Source of the DNA: Dicyema japonicum
Taxonomy: Eukaryota > Animalia > Dicyemida
NCBI GenBank assembly: GCA_011109175.1
Contig: RDEW01000004.1
Coordinates: forward strand, 1,539,067-1,603,066
Direction: 5' to 3'
Length of the DNA stretch: 64,000 nt
Shown here: positions 11,809 to 24,870 of the stretch, piece after piece
Numbering within the stretch: position 1 is the first letter of the stretch
Layout: the number at the start of each line of letters is the position of its first letter
The notes under the pieces: generated by a model
What the model was told of the DNA's origin: nothing
The model's input: only the letters and a program-made list of their open reading frames with translations
The model's database searches: none
Program-made: the position numbers and the translations under genes

Positions 11809-13868
11809 ATGTCGATAATTTCATTTATAATGTCAAATCATTCGCCTTTAGACGAAAATGAAGTTATAGAAAAGGTTTTATAGCTTTGAATTAAATTTAG
11901 TTTGGAAATTTGATAGCCAAGTTTGAGTTTAGTTCATTTGAAACCGTCTGTCGTGATTTGTGCAAAAAATATACGAACGTAATTCCTTATTTGTTCGATA
12001 TTATCATGGACCCATCATTTCCAAATAATGCCGCAATTCTATGTTATGACAAACTTATAGAGTTTGTTGCTTCAGTTAGATTTATTAAAAATTAAAGAAC
12101 TTCATTTTTTATTCCATAGCGCCTTCTTCGGTCGATCACTGCTTTGCTGCATTCTACATTATGAGAGAACGGTTCGCTAGTAAGGAATTCGAGTTTGTCA
12201 TCCCATTATATCGGTGGATAGAAAATTTCATTTGTTTATTGCGTAATTTGAGTATTTCAAATTTTCAGCTCATGGATATAGACAGAAGTGTTACTGTATG
12301 GCATTCGAAGCTCTATTTTCCCAGTCAAAAGTATTTTATGTTTTTAGCTCAGCTTTATGAATGCCGGACAATTCTTGACGAAATGCAAGCAAATTTAGAC
12401 GAAATGACTCCGATCATTAGTGAAACTGAGATTGCTGAAGCTCAAATTCAGTATAACAAGGTGAAATTATAATTCGATGTTAAAGTATGATGTGAGATTG
12501 AAACTCGTCGACCATCGCTCCGCTCTTTTATTGAGCGACCAAGAACTTGACACAGCCTCGTCGTGTGTAGATTCGGTATATTTTTATTTAACTTACTCAA
12601 GGTGTTGGAAAGTATAGAATTGATAAATAATAAAGCCATTCGAGAAATTCACAGAGGAAATGTGGAAGGTGCTTTAGAAATGCTTGAATCCGTGAATAAT
12701 CCACCTTTGATTATTACTCATAATATTACTGTAGCGAAATTACTGCTTGGAAACTGCGAACCCGATCATTTGGTCGAAATTCTAGAGAATGGAATCAGCA
12801 AAGCCCACGGCTCACACTTTTTCAGATATGATATTGAAAATGGTGACGTTAGAAGAACTCTGGGCATTTATAAGCTCTATTCTAATCACCCAGAGGCTGC
12901 TCTTCCATTGCTGTACCGAAGTATGAGAACAAACAACCCAGTGGATCTTTTACGAATTTCCGAGGCGATTACCATGTCATGTGATTGTACTTCGTGGAAT
13001 TTGACAGAACATTTTTCTTTGGGATATATTGACTATATCCCTTACTCTCTTCGTGGAAAGGAATCAAAAGAGACTATTTTTGCTATTATACGGGAAAGAA
13101 ATTATAGAGAGGAAAAGAAAAGGCTTGAAAAGGCTATGGAGCTTCTCTTGAGAGCAAAAACGCTGGTAGAATTTGGAATCAATCATTCCTGGGATGTTCC
13201 GGTCGACGACTGTGACGTCTTTGATCATTTGTCCGATTTGAAAATGTGGCAAGATAAATTTGGCGTTTTGAACGTGGCAATTTCTCTCCAACTGGCATTT
13301 GTAACACTCTCGTTGGGTCATTACGAAATTTGTCGTAAAATGTGTAATTTTATACTAAATACGAATTCTGACGCAAATTATTATCAAAAGTAATCATAAT
13401 TCATTTTTTTAGTTTTCTGGCTTCAATTTATTTGGCTGAAGTCCAGCTTTACTTTGATAAAAATCCGGACACCAGTTTAAAGTCGATAGAACGGGCCGGA
13501 AAGATGCTGGAGAATTTTCAGGAAAATAAAAGCGAGTCCATTCGAGCCGTGATCTGGCGAGCGAATAAATTTTTTTCTCATGTTCCGTATTTGAATGTTG
13601 TGATATTTCACAATCGAGCCTTTATTATGGCTGCTGATGGAAATTACAATGAAGCCCGCGAAGTTCTTGGTTCCCTTAATAAAAGGGAGGCTTTAAACCA
13701 ACATAGAGTTGAAATTGACGTTATTAGCAATGCGGGGTTTATATTTACTTTAGAATTATTCTTGGATTATTTGAAGTCTAATAGAAGTACTACATTTTGT
13801 TATTTTTAGAAAATAAATGGCTGGAGTATATAAAAGAGGAAGCACGTGTTAATTCTCTTCTTAAATGA
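11809..13868 (+). CDS. CNOT10: CCR4-NOT subunit 10-like TPR protein
   Basis: Joined by 22-30 nt introns into one frame. Segments align by eye with CNOT10: NKAIREIHRGNVEGALEML, LGIYKLYSNHPEAALPLL...LLRISEAI, LAFVTLSLGHY, FLASIYLAE, FHNRAFIMAADGNYNEAREVL. Highly divergent. Confidence 0.55.
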
Positions 13869-13934
13869 TTGTTAATAAATTGTGTTTTTCGCTTAAAAAT
13901 ATGTGTATTTCTCATTAATATGTACTAAAATTTT

Positions 13935-14359
13935 TATTATCAAAAAGCACTCCCTAGAAAACATAAAATAGTTAAGTTTCCCTTTGCAGTATTCCGAATC
14001 ATCCTCTCCGTCAGCTCTGACCATGATCTTCCGTTGCGCGCCAGTTCTCTAGGTAGTACAGGTGTCCGCCATTTCCATTATAATGTCAGATGCTGCCCAC
14101 ATTATTGTAACACAGTGAATCATATCCTGATGGGACTGAAAATCCGAAACCATAATGTCGGCAGACCGGTGGGAGGGTAAAAAGGTGGAATCTGCTAAAC
14201 AGTTCTGTTCAATGTACGGTCGTTTTTGTCTATGTAGATAGCAGATAAAGATGTCATATTTTGTTAGATCGCATGTCAGTTGGTGTTTCTTGTAAAGTTG
14301 TTTAAGTCTTCTGCAATTAAAAGATCCCAGAGTGAACGGAGGATAAGGAATATGAATAA
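13935..14359 (-). mobile_element. Bipartite non-autonomous RTE-derived element (~420 bp), copy 1
   Basis: APE endonuclease N-terminal fragment (QL..DL..YD...C.LQETK-like) fused directly to an RTE 3' terminus and UTR; homologous over its whole length to 35385-35805. Confidence 0.75.
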
Positions 14360-14452
14360 GACATAGTTCAATAGATGAGTCACCACAACCTCAACCAAAA
14401 AATTAAATTTTATGCTAAAAATTATTCGTTAAACCTCTAAAAGAAAATTATA

Positions 14453-14475
14453 TATTGCAAGCTTTTAAAAAAACA
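14453..14475 (+). repeat. Left target-site duplication of R4 copy 1 (right copy 17929-17951)
   Basis: tattgcaagcttttaaaaaaaca vs tattgcaagctttttaataaaca, 21/23 identical. Confidence 0.8.
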
Positions 14476-17400
14476 TGCAACGTGCTTTGGATTCGGTAGG
14501 CGTTAAAACTCTCTCGAGTTGGAAAAAATGTTGAAAGGAAATAAGGAGAAGGGTCACTTGCGTTACCTAATGGTATGAATGTAATTCTTGCCATATCCGA
14601 GAGCGTTGTGGCAGATGACCCAAAAGAATGGGCGAGGCAGGTAGTCCTGCAGGTACGTAGCAAGCTATCTCGAATGCCCTGGAATGGTTGGCCATACTTG
14701 GCGGAACTCTGCAGTGGCAGATTCAGCACTGTTATATATGTGAGTGAACTCAAGAAAATGGCTGTAGGCAAAGAGGGTACTGGTCTAAAGGGGCGGGACC
14801 AGGTGACCACAACTGTCAAAGAGAGCACGAGCACCAGAGCTGTGATAAGTTGCAGCTTAAGCATGTTTATGAGGTCTATGCGCGGAATCTCGCTGCAGGG
14901 GCAGATGTCCCACTTGAGGACCGTAGATTTACCCTGCAAGATCCCTCAGTGTAAGGTTAGCGCAAGGTAGTGTTAACCTGTATCAATAAGGCTGTGGTTT
15001 ATGCGGTGGAGGCTAAGCCAGTAGGGTCACTGGGTGACATCTCCCTAGTGCTGTATGCAGCACAGATCACCTATGAGGAATTGACGGACAAGCCCAGACC
15101 ACCCAGTAAATGGAGGGAGCAGATCTGTGCCAAGATTGCTTGGAGACAGACTGAGCTGGAAGCACTGGAGGAGCACATAAGTAGTGTGGCGAGAGGGGTT
15201 ACAGGAAAAGCACCGCCTATAGTAAAGGGGCTAATTAGCAAACTCCGTGTTCCCAAATGGGTTTTCAAAGAGCTGAGGAGGGCAAAGGTAGAGTTAGAGG
15301 GGGCAATAATGGTGTATAAGAGGAAACTCTATACACATGAAAGTCGGTGTAAGAGAAGGAGAGAAAATAATCTGTTTGAGTTTAATCGCAGATTGTTTTA
15401 CCGTCGCCTACACGAAAATGGCCATAGTGTATGTTCCCAGCAGGACGCGGAAATGCTTTCCACATGGGGTAGTATGTGGGAGGCTAAACCACGCAGAGGA
15501 AATGCGTGGAATGTCCCGTACAGCGCCGCTCCTTTCTTGGCGGAATCTTGCGGAATTTTCGATTTTCGCAAGAAATTTGAGGCGGTAGTGAGACATCTCC
15601 CTGATTGGAAGACGACCGGGGTCGATAAAGTTTATAATTTCTTTATCAAAAGATGCACTTCATTACACGAGTCTATGTGTCGTGTATTACAGAAAAGCAT
15701 CACTAACCCGGAAACGATTCCTGATTGGGCATGCACAGGGACAACTTATTTGATCCCAAAGCTGGACAACCCCCAGTCTGCTGCAGATTATCGACCGATA
15801 ACCTGCATGCCAACCCTGTATAAAGTGATGACCAAATTGGTGGCTAATGAGGTCAGGAGCTTTGTAGAAGCAAATGGGATTCTCTCCGAGAATCAGTTGG
15901 GTACTATGCGAAATTGTCAGGGAGCAAAAGAGCAGGCTTTGATCAACAAATGCCTTTCTGTGTCTCACGGAAACCCACTTTTGTCTATGTGGGTGGATGT
16001 GAAGAAGGCTTACGATTCAGTTGATCATTCTTACCTTGTCGAGTGCCTACACAGTCTGTGTATGCCTGTGTGGTTCATCAGCTTTGTAGTGGCTGTGATG
16101 AATAGGTGGAGTATTCATCTGAACTATAATAGGCACCGGATAGGCGAGGTAAAACTCAAGAGGGGGATCCTTCAGGGGATAGCATGTCTCCGCTACTCTT
16201 TGTTCTCTGTTTGGAGCCATTGAGTCGCCGCCTCAATGACCGGTTTGAGCAAATACCAGTTCATTGTGAAGGGGTCTGTTTCAGTACAAATCACCTTCTT
16301 TTTATCGATGACTGAAGATGTATGCTCGAACAGCCGAGGAGCTCTACTCCATGGGGGTCTGTGCCAGGGAATTCTTTGAGAGTATAGGGCTAGATTTGAA
16401 TTATTCAAAGTCTGCGACTAACACGAAAGTATGTAGCGAGTTAGTAAGAGTCCTAGAGGAACACGAAGGATATAAGTATCTGGGTGTTACCGAAACTCCA
16501 AAGTCTCTTATAATGCCTGAGACAAAGCGACAAATTACTGAAGGCATCCGTAAAAGAGCAGCGTTATTGTGTAAGACGTCTCTAAATGCAAGGAATTTGT
16601 TCCTAGCATTAAATGAATATGCTGTCTCGCTGCTAAACTACTACATAGGTGTTGTGGAGTTTGAGCCCAAAGAGTATGATGAGATGGATGTTATGATCCG
16701 TGGAGTACTCAGAGAGAACCATGTCCATGTGCTGGCAGCCAATAAGGAGAGACTATATTTACCCCGTGATAAATTCGGCCGTGGATTGTGTGGAGTAGTC
16801 CAATTAAGTGAGCGTATTCTAATGCGAATGCACGACACCCTGAAAACTGGGCCAAGTGTGTCTGCTAGGAAGTACGCCATAATAACGACCGAAAAAACAC
16901 GGGGAACCCACCTAGGCACTATCAGACCTTTTTTGTCTGCTAAGTATGGTGTTGATGATGGTGGGCTAGTAAATGTGAAGGCGTTGATCGAATTACAATA
17001 TAATAATTTGATGGAAAAGATCAACTTAAAAAAACTTCATAAGGTCCTCTTCAGAGCATTGGACAACCCACATGTCGACCTTAAGTCGTCGACAATATGG
17101 CTAAAATACGGTGACAACTCACCTCGATCAGAAAAGCAGTACACGTATATGCAAGACCGCAATATTTGTTGGGGTCGATCAACAAATACATGTCCCCACT
17201 GTAAGTCAAGGAGCATGTCAGTTGATCATTTAGCCATTCGATGTGGATCCATGCTCTGCCACGACTATGTGTGTAGGCATAACGGGGTTGTAAGGAGTCT
17301 TCATCTTCTACTATGCAATAAGTATGATATTCGCCACACCAGAAAGTTGCGGACTCATAAGGTGCAATCTGTAGTAGAGAACACCAGGGAACAAATTAAG

Positions 17401-17928
17401 GTAGACAGTGTTATCCGTACCTCGGTGCTAGTCAAGCACAATAAACCGGACATTGTGGTACACGATAAGGAGTCTGGCCAAGTCCTTATCATAGAGGTTG
17501 GCATCACGTCTCAAGACCGTTTGCAGACTGTGGAGGTTGAGAAAAAAAAGTATGACTTTCTTGCAAACGAGATGGGGCAGATGCTTGGTTGCAAGGTCCT
17601 CGTTATTCCTATGGTAATGACGTGGGAAGGAATTGCAACAAAGTACACAAGGGTTATCTGAAGCAGTTGGGGTAGATAGGAAGCTCCAGTCCTATCTACA
17701 GTCCACTGTGTTAAAGCGGACCCTAGAGAGCCTGACACTGGAGTATAGGAGGCAGAGCCCTGAGATGCCATATGGGCAGAGGGTTCAATTGGACAAGGCG
17801 CTCTCGGAGTTGTTTCAGCAACCAGAGTCGAACCTGCCTGAGGAGGCTGGCGAACAGGTAGGCGAGTAAGGTTGTTGATTATTAAATAGATTAACTTTTT
17901 TATTGTTGGTTAAATAAAGTGGGTTTCT
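14476..17928 (+). mobile_element. R4/Dong-like non-LTR retrotransposon (RT, CCHC finger, RLE), near full length, frameshifted
   Basis: RT (YRPITCMPTLYK, WVDVKKAYDSVDH, GILQG, NHLLFIDD, YKYLG), CPHC..DHL..RC zinc knuckle, RHN, KPDIVV..IIEVGIT..KY nuclease; flanked by a 23-bp direct repeat at 14453-14475 and 17929-17951. Confidence 0.93.
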
Positions 17929-17979
17929 TATTGCAAGCTTTTTAATAAACACGTTTTATTTAACAATAAAATTATTTAT

Positions 17980-18465
17980 TATCAATAACAGGGAAGAGCG
18001 GCTGCTGACATAACGGAGTAAGCGCTTCCGCGGACAACTTCAATCTCAATTCGTTGCTTCAGCCAGACCGCTTCCCGCACGTCTTTTTTACAATGGGCCA
18101 ATTTACCCCCGATTTCCTTCAGGAAAGAGCCTGTGATACTTCCTGCGGCACCAGACGTCTCGATTGCCACCGTTACAAAATGAAAGCGATTTCCAAATTC
18201 TCTGCCAGATCGGCTGCCGATCCAGCAGACTGCGCCGAGCTGAGCATCACCGAGTTCGAGAATGAATCCACACAAGTGCAGTCCCATACAAGCGATTTTC
18301 CCTCAGTGAACGGAAAGAGTGTTAGCCCATCCGGTCTTTTCCCGTCTCCGCGGTCCAATCCTACGGACTCCAGCACTGCCGAAAGTTGCAGCTTCAAGAC
18401 CACGCATGACAATGTTGTTCATAGCAGCGTGGCGGGGTGCTCTGCTCGCACTGCAAGCTTTTAGC
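17980..18465 (-). mobile_element. CRE-clade retrotransposon 3' fragment (RLE)
   Basis: RHAAMNNIV..GKRPDGLTLFPFTEGKSLVWDCTCVD...VAIETSG...WLKQRIEIEVVRGSA. Confidence 0.85.
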
Positions 18466-19508
18466 ATGAAGGTTAAATTCCTATAAGCCTTCAGAGTTGA
18501 AAAAATAAAAAAATTAAATTTTTTATTTTTACCATAAATAGGGAAATTTTTTGCCATAAAATGCCATCTTTATGGAGGGGTCATTTAGTTATTAATGAGT
18601 TAAATTATATTAATTTTTTTAAATACTTTATCTTTATAAGTTATAGATACTATTTTTGCCATTTTTGATTTAAATGCCATAATTCGTTTGAGTTCCATAA
18701 TAAAAATAATGAAACCACACTTTTCTCGAGAATCATATTACATAGCTTTGCCTAGCCAGGACACACACTTTATTAAAGTAATGAACAGTTATGATAATTA
18801 ATCATAGAAAGGTCATCACTGCTATTTTGTTGCTTGTGAGTCTTCTATAGTCGATCCGGATCTTATTTTATTTATTTCCCTGAGATGTGCACTTTCCGCA
18901 CTTTCCGAGGATACATATCAGCTATCGGTCCTCTAGATAGAACACACACTTTATTTTAAGCAAAAAACAGTTATCATAGCTAATCGATGAGGGAGAATCA
19001 AAGAATGCTCTTCACTTATTTGTTTTTTTTCTTTTTCATGGGTGTATTTCCTATATAGACAATCTGGTTCCGCAGTGAAATGTTCACTGATGACAGCGTC
19101 ACTCGTCAAGCCGAAACATATTGATGAGGGAACCCTCAATCGAAATGTACAGTATAGAAATTCGAACTAGCGACCTTCAAGCCTCTTTTTCAAAATGTGA
19201 AGAATGTACATGGCAATAGGTCTCCTACAACTCGAAATTATAAAATAATTTTTAAACACAGAAGTCAGAAGAATGCGCTATTGCTTTATACAATCAGCTC
19301 TTGAAACTCACGTGACTCCTGGGCTTATGGAACCTCAGTTTCGAACTGTTACACGAAAAATTCTCATTATTTTATTATTTATTTTATTTATTCAAAGCAT
19401 GTAACCAAATAAAAAAATTTTTATTTCTAATTAAATTTAGTTTTATTAATTTTAAAATTATAATTAATGCGATTATTTTATTAGTGACGACAAAATAACG
19501 CAGTGTAT

Positions 19509-22071
19509 ATGGAATGGTCTGAAATTTATAATCTGGCTAATACCTTACAAGAAGTTCAAAGTCTGAGTTCTACAAATAGGTAAAAACTGATATCTTAAAT
19601 TTTTGAGTTTATCAAAAAGTAATTGGATTGATATTATCAATTATTTACATGAGCGAAAACAGGTCAACTTGATATTTTCAGAATGTGGACAATTCATGAT
19701 GACAACGGAATATGTCAAAAACTATATTCTTGAACAAATCCAGAAAGAAAATGGTTTTATTTTAAAACAATAATAGGGTTTTTGGATCTTGTGAAAATTT
19801 CAAGAAAAATGCATGTATTTTTAAAAGATATTAAAAATGTTGTCAAACTTATATTGGAAGAAAATAAAGAATTTTGTCTTGTCGAAGATAAACTTTATTC
19901 AGAGTTTTGACTTTAAAATATTTAGAAAATTTTACGAAGAATTGGCAGAAAAAATTAATTATTCTTTGCAGGAAAAATTGTGTTGAAAATATATGATTTC
20001 TCGGTAGAACACAATATTCCTTACAAAGTGATTAATAAAGTAGTAAATGAATTTATTTATGATTATTTTGGAAAAAACCGGAACAGTGATTGACGGAACG
20101 TTTAATAAAATGGAGATTTCTTGTACACCGACGAAGCTGTGAATCGCTGTAAGGCAATCATTAAAGGAATACTATGGGAACATTAAAGTAATCTTTAAAT
20201 AAATTTAGAATAATATCAATCGACAAATTAAGAGAACGAGTTTCACAAATCGACTCAGTATATGAAAGTTAATTAGATTTTAGAATTTTTAGACATTTTT
20301 GACCTGGCAATTAATTCTAATGAATTTTGTGGAAGGATTGTTAAGTCTTTTGGAACTATTTCCACATCGTTTATGCCTGCTTATTATGAGCAGAAATTGA
20401 CTGCTCATATTATCACGAGTATTAACTCTAGTGGAGTAATAAGTATTTTTGATATTACTTATTCTAGATTATAAGTTTTACAGAAACCGTGGAATCAGAG
20501 ATGTCTTAAATGTTGTTACAACTCTAGCGAATGATTTAATCATTCATTTAAGCACGTGTTGTATCACAGTGACAAAAAGTGAAAATTTGAAATTTCAGAT
20601 CATTTCAGAACTAAATAATAAGCGATATGTGGATCTCTTTACTACTGTTTTAGTTATAAAAGTAATCATTAGCTCCCTGAGGAATTCGAAGAGGAAGATA
20701 TTTATCCCTTTTTGGAATCAATCGACTTAAACTCTTCTGATTTAAATTTCCGAATTGAGAAAAATAGATGGATTATTCTTGAAGAATATGTGAAATCTAT
20801 TTTCGATAAATTGATCTCAGAAATGGACCAATATGCGCAAAAAGTGATTTATATTTATTTTACGTTCTACAGCATTTGAAAGATTTCAAGGTTCTTGAGT
20901 CAAACGAAAATAAAATCTCAAAGAAACCTCCGAAGAAAAGGGAAAAAACAAAAAAGAGTTTGACTTTCACGACTATAAATAAGATAAATCAAGGAAAGTG
21001 GATGAAGATAAAAGAAAGGATTTTGAAGAAAATGAAAAAATTTTATATTCTTTTTTCACCAAAGACGAATATTTTGAGTTTCTAAAAGCGTATTTTCCTT
21101 CAACTGACGAATTCTATGAGTTAATATTTGAACTTTTAAAAGAGTTTTGAGCTGTTTGACAAATTTAGTGCTGTTATATGCGAATTTCAACCTTTTGCCA
21201 AAAATGCTATTGAAAATTCAAAGAGGTTAATTCATTATGATCTGAAAACTCAAATTAATTCCATAAAAGGGTACCTCTCGATACAAATTCCTCGAATATT
21301 GTGCTATCATAAGGGGATACAATTTCTTGAAGATTTACAAAATATTCGCACAGCTTTTGAGAAACATTTATTAAGAAATTTGGGATTTCCTATTGCTGAT
21401 TCGATTTTGCGAGAATGCGCCTTTAGAGAAAATTTAATAGAAAATGATTATTTTATCGATTCTGACGTTTTTTGATAATTAATTTTTAGAAAAATAGAAA
21501 TTCTTTGATTGACCATTTTGATTCTTCTTTAAAAAGTGATTTGAAAAGTCTTTATGATAGTCTGAAAGCTACAATACCATCAACTGTACGTTTAGTATAA
21601 ATTTTCGTAGAAAGCATTTTTGGAGTTATTTGAAAAATTAATTTTTAGTCAATTTGGATTTAATTTGCCAAAATTTGATAAACGTTGCGAAAAGTTTATT
21701 TTAATTTTATCGATAGAGAGATTGTTTTAGCTAATCGAGAACATTTAAGAGAATTATTAAAGTCTCAAACCGATAAACCATCGATCTTCCTTACAGCCAT
21801 TTCACTGATTTTTAATGTGGTTCAGAATGCCACACTTTTAATACCCGGGAAATTTGTTGGGAAAGTTTTTCATTTGTTATCAAATAATCTAACTCCCGCT
21901 GAATTTGAGTTGCTAACTAAATCTGAAAGTATTTATATTGTGTCCAATACATTTGTAGGGATTGCTATCAAAAATTTAAAAGGCTTGAAGGAAGGTAATT
22001 TTGCTGAAGATGAGGAAGATAATGAAGTTTATAATACTCTTACTATGACTATTTTGAATAAATATTGTTAA
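19509..22071 (+). CDS. UFL1: E3 UFM1-protein ligase 1
   Basis: Spliced N-terminus MEWSEIYNLANTLQEVQ...SLSKSNWIDIINYL...GQFMMTTEYV...QKENG aligns with UFL1 (WEEIRRLAADFQRAQ..RLSERNCIEIV..GKEYITP); later YTDEAVNRCKAIIKG; C-terminal ORF 21685-22071. Confidence 0.8.
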
Positions 22072-22129
22072 TGTTGTTTATCGTAAATTTTTTTAGTTTA
22101 TGTTTTTCTTAAATAGTAAACATTTTAAG

Positions 22130-22800
22130 TAGTTATCATTGTGGTGTCATGCGGCAATTTGATTGAAGAATTTGTCTTGTTTCATTTGTTCTTACTCTTT
22201 CCTATTCTAATAGAGCAACAAGGACAAGTTCAGTTCTTGAAGTCTTGGTTTTCCATACATATTTTTCAAACGTCATCAGATCAACCGGCAATAACTTTTA
22301 AACTTATTTTCTGAAAAGATTTCATATTACGATTTTTCGATTTATGTGGATACACTTTGATTTTAGGTTTCTTGAAAATATGTTGAAATTGATGGGCACG
22401 TACTTTTTCATGAGTAGATTATTATTTATATGACACATGTGCTCTAGAAAAGTCGTTCTGTCCCATCTCCATCCTCCAACTCCATTTTTATTTTTTTGTG
22501 TTTCACAGAAATAGCGAAGAAACTTTTCTTTTTGAATTGATCGATCAAATGCTGCCATCTCGGGATTAGACTTGCTTGATTGTAATTTGTTCAAAAAAAG
22601 ACCCGACTCCAAAAACTCGGTGATCTTATGTCGTGAAGAATATGTCGTTTTTCACAATTCATGGTCTATGAATGTCACAATATATCCAATAAAGGAGTTG
22701 ATCTAAAGGCAGAAAGCTTGGATTCTTGTAAAAAGACAATATCCACATGGTGTTCAGAAAAATCAGAATTTCAAAAAGTTTCCTTCTGATTAAATTAGCG
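22130..22800 (-). other. Possible small spliced gene or decayed element, unidentified
   Basis: Coding-like ORF 22322-22612 (AAFDRSIQKEKFLRYFCE...WRWDRTTFLEHMCH); no family recognised and downstream frames are interrupted. Confidence 0.25.
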
Positions 22801-24870
22801 GTCAGTCAACAAAATTGACAAAGTTTGTCCTGGATTTTGTCAACGTCACCACTCATTGGTGGAACAGGGAACGAAATTGTCTGCTGGTAGAATGAATAGA
22901 TACTAAATAAAATTATTCCAAAGACCAAGGGTAAAACCAAACTAACTAATTCATCTGTCCTGACGAGTTTTAGCAAACCTCGCCCAAGCACAGTGATCCA
23001 GAGGATGTTGTCCTGGGAACTAAGTTCGATTCCAGAACTCGTCGCTAGGGAGCTAAATTTTCTCCTGTTGAAAAAACAGTTGGATCCTTTTGAATGCCGG
23101 CCAAGAATTGGGCGTCTCCTGAATACGGTTGATCCAATTACGCTATCAGAGGGACGGGAGATATTTTCAACCAATTAGCCACATAGCACAGAATGGCGTA
23201 ACGAAGCTTTTTTAAAAAAATCCTTTTGATAAAGTTTGAACATAATAATAATAACACCAGAAACCATGATCACGTGATCCCAGCACGCTCTAGCAGGGAC
23301 CTCATCTTGGCCCGATGGTCCTCCCTCGACCCCACACAAGCACGTATCGGTCGAGTGACTGGGTCTTCGCGTTCCATAATTCATTCGTATCAAGGCTTCA
23401 AGTGGCAATGGTGGCTGGAACTCTCCAGAAATCTAGCGTTATATGATTTTGAAGGCTCTTCTCCGACTAGCCTCGATCTTCAAGACATTTGTCCAAGAGA
23501 TGAATAGGCCCCATTTACCACATGCATAAAAGATGCATGGTTCAATAAATTGTTTATAGAGCTCAAAACAGAATGCTTTTCGATCTTCCATAAGCCTGTG
23601 AGGCAATTCAGAACATTAGTTTTCTTATCGCATTTCGTAATTACGTTTTCAATATGGGGCGAGAATGACATATGCATGTCAAAAGTCACCCCATGGATCT
23701 TTGGGATTTTCTGATAGGAATAGGTTCATTGGTTGCCTTCAGTACGATCGTCCGTCTTCTTAGTCTCTTGTCTAAAGTAAATAGGGTTGTGACGGATTTT
23801 TCATTCCTGGCAGTTAGGCAATTCTGCGATAGCCATTTGTCAAGACTGTCCAGATTTTCTTGCAATCGCAAAGTGGCAATCTGGATGTCCTGATCGCGTG
23901 ACGCAATTTATTTATTTATTAACCCCGGGATCACCGAGAAAGAAAGACAAAGTAAAGTCAACGAGTTATGTGATCCCAGTTCCCGCAACCAAACGTGCCA
24001 TCCTAAGCCTGTGCGTCTCCATTGTTCCCACTGTCGAACGGAAATGCCTTCTTTGATCTTTGCAGAGGAAGCTGATTGGGGAAGGAAATTTCTTAGCCAA
24101 CCGATTTTCTTTTGCGTGGAACAGTGAGAGGCTTAGTGGGTGTCCATCTTCCTCGCAAATGCGTAGAAACCAGGAACCAAATCTACGAGTTGTAGATTCC
24201 TTCAGCAGGGGAGGTATTTTTGTTTCACATTGTGGTCCCAGCATACGTGTTGTTTTCCTTTGCAGTAAGTTTAGTTTTTGGATAGTAGCCTCGTGGATAC
24301 AATCCACTTTCTTCTGTGCGAGTGAGACTGCTTCTGATGTCGAACTGCTCCTTGTTGCAATGATGATATCGTCAGCATAAGAAAGCAGTAGAAAATCCTT
24401 GTCAATATCTGCTGGCAGGTCGTGGAGGAATAGGTTGAATTATTTGGGATACAAAGGCGAACCTTGGGGCACTCCGTTTGGTAGTAAACGTGATCATGAT
24501 CTGAGGTGGCCACCGATGACCCTCCCACGTCTTCCAGATAAAAAATTGGCCAGCCATAGCTTCAAGTTAGGGCGAATTTTTGAATCAAATATTTTTCCAA
24601 TTAGATGTTTCCTCGGTACCGAGTCAAACGCCTTGTTGATGTCAATCGAGACCATTGTTGTCCACATGCGTTTTGGGGCAGTGTTGAAACCATCCGCAAT
24701 GAACTGTGAACGCGTTGATAAGAAAGTCGTGGTTGATCTTCCAGAACGGAATCCATGTTGGAAATTCCGTTGAGTTAGGGAAGGATTAATTCCAGATTGG
24801 ATCAACTTTTCCAACACTTTTGATATACTGTGACGCAATAATATGTGTATATCATAAACTGAGATCAATT
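22800..24870 (-). mobile_element. Cluster of three family-A LINE fragments
   Basis: RT motifs QHGFRSGRST, SIDINKAFDSV, GVPQGS; GIT-stop termini at ~23275 and ~23968; gtgacgcaat duplicated at 23898-23907 and 24830-24839. Confidence 0.85.

Noticed and set aside
11809-12472. Separate gene upstream of CNOT10-like
   Set aside because: Introns of 25 and 26 nt join it in frame to the 12.6 kb exon.
16290-16320. Canonical -1 programmed frameshift
   Set aside because: No X XXY YYZ heptamer; slipping at the T run meets TGA in the -1 frame before the DD motif.
14448-17771. Antisense and alternate-frame ORFs over the R4 copies (also 60064-63252)
   Set aside because: Shadow ORFs of a GC-richer coding element with no recognisable motifs.
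17929-18000. Functional coupling of R4 and CRE elements (CRE pieces adjoin both R4 copies)
   Set aside because: Adjacent CRE pieces differ in subfamily, region and orientation; general TE clustering explains it.
18761-19000. Degenerate ~55-bp direct repeat (acacacactttatt...aacagttat) 180 bp apart
   Set aside because: Low complexity, only two diverged copies, no associated element recognised.
19085-19125. Hammerhead ribozyme / Penelope-like motif (ctgatga...gaaac)
   Set aside because: Stem II does not pair at the closing position and no stem I/III partner was found.
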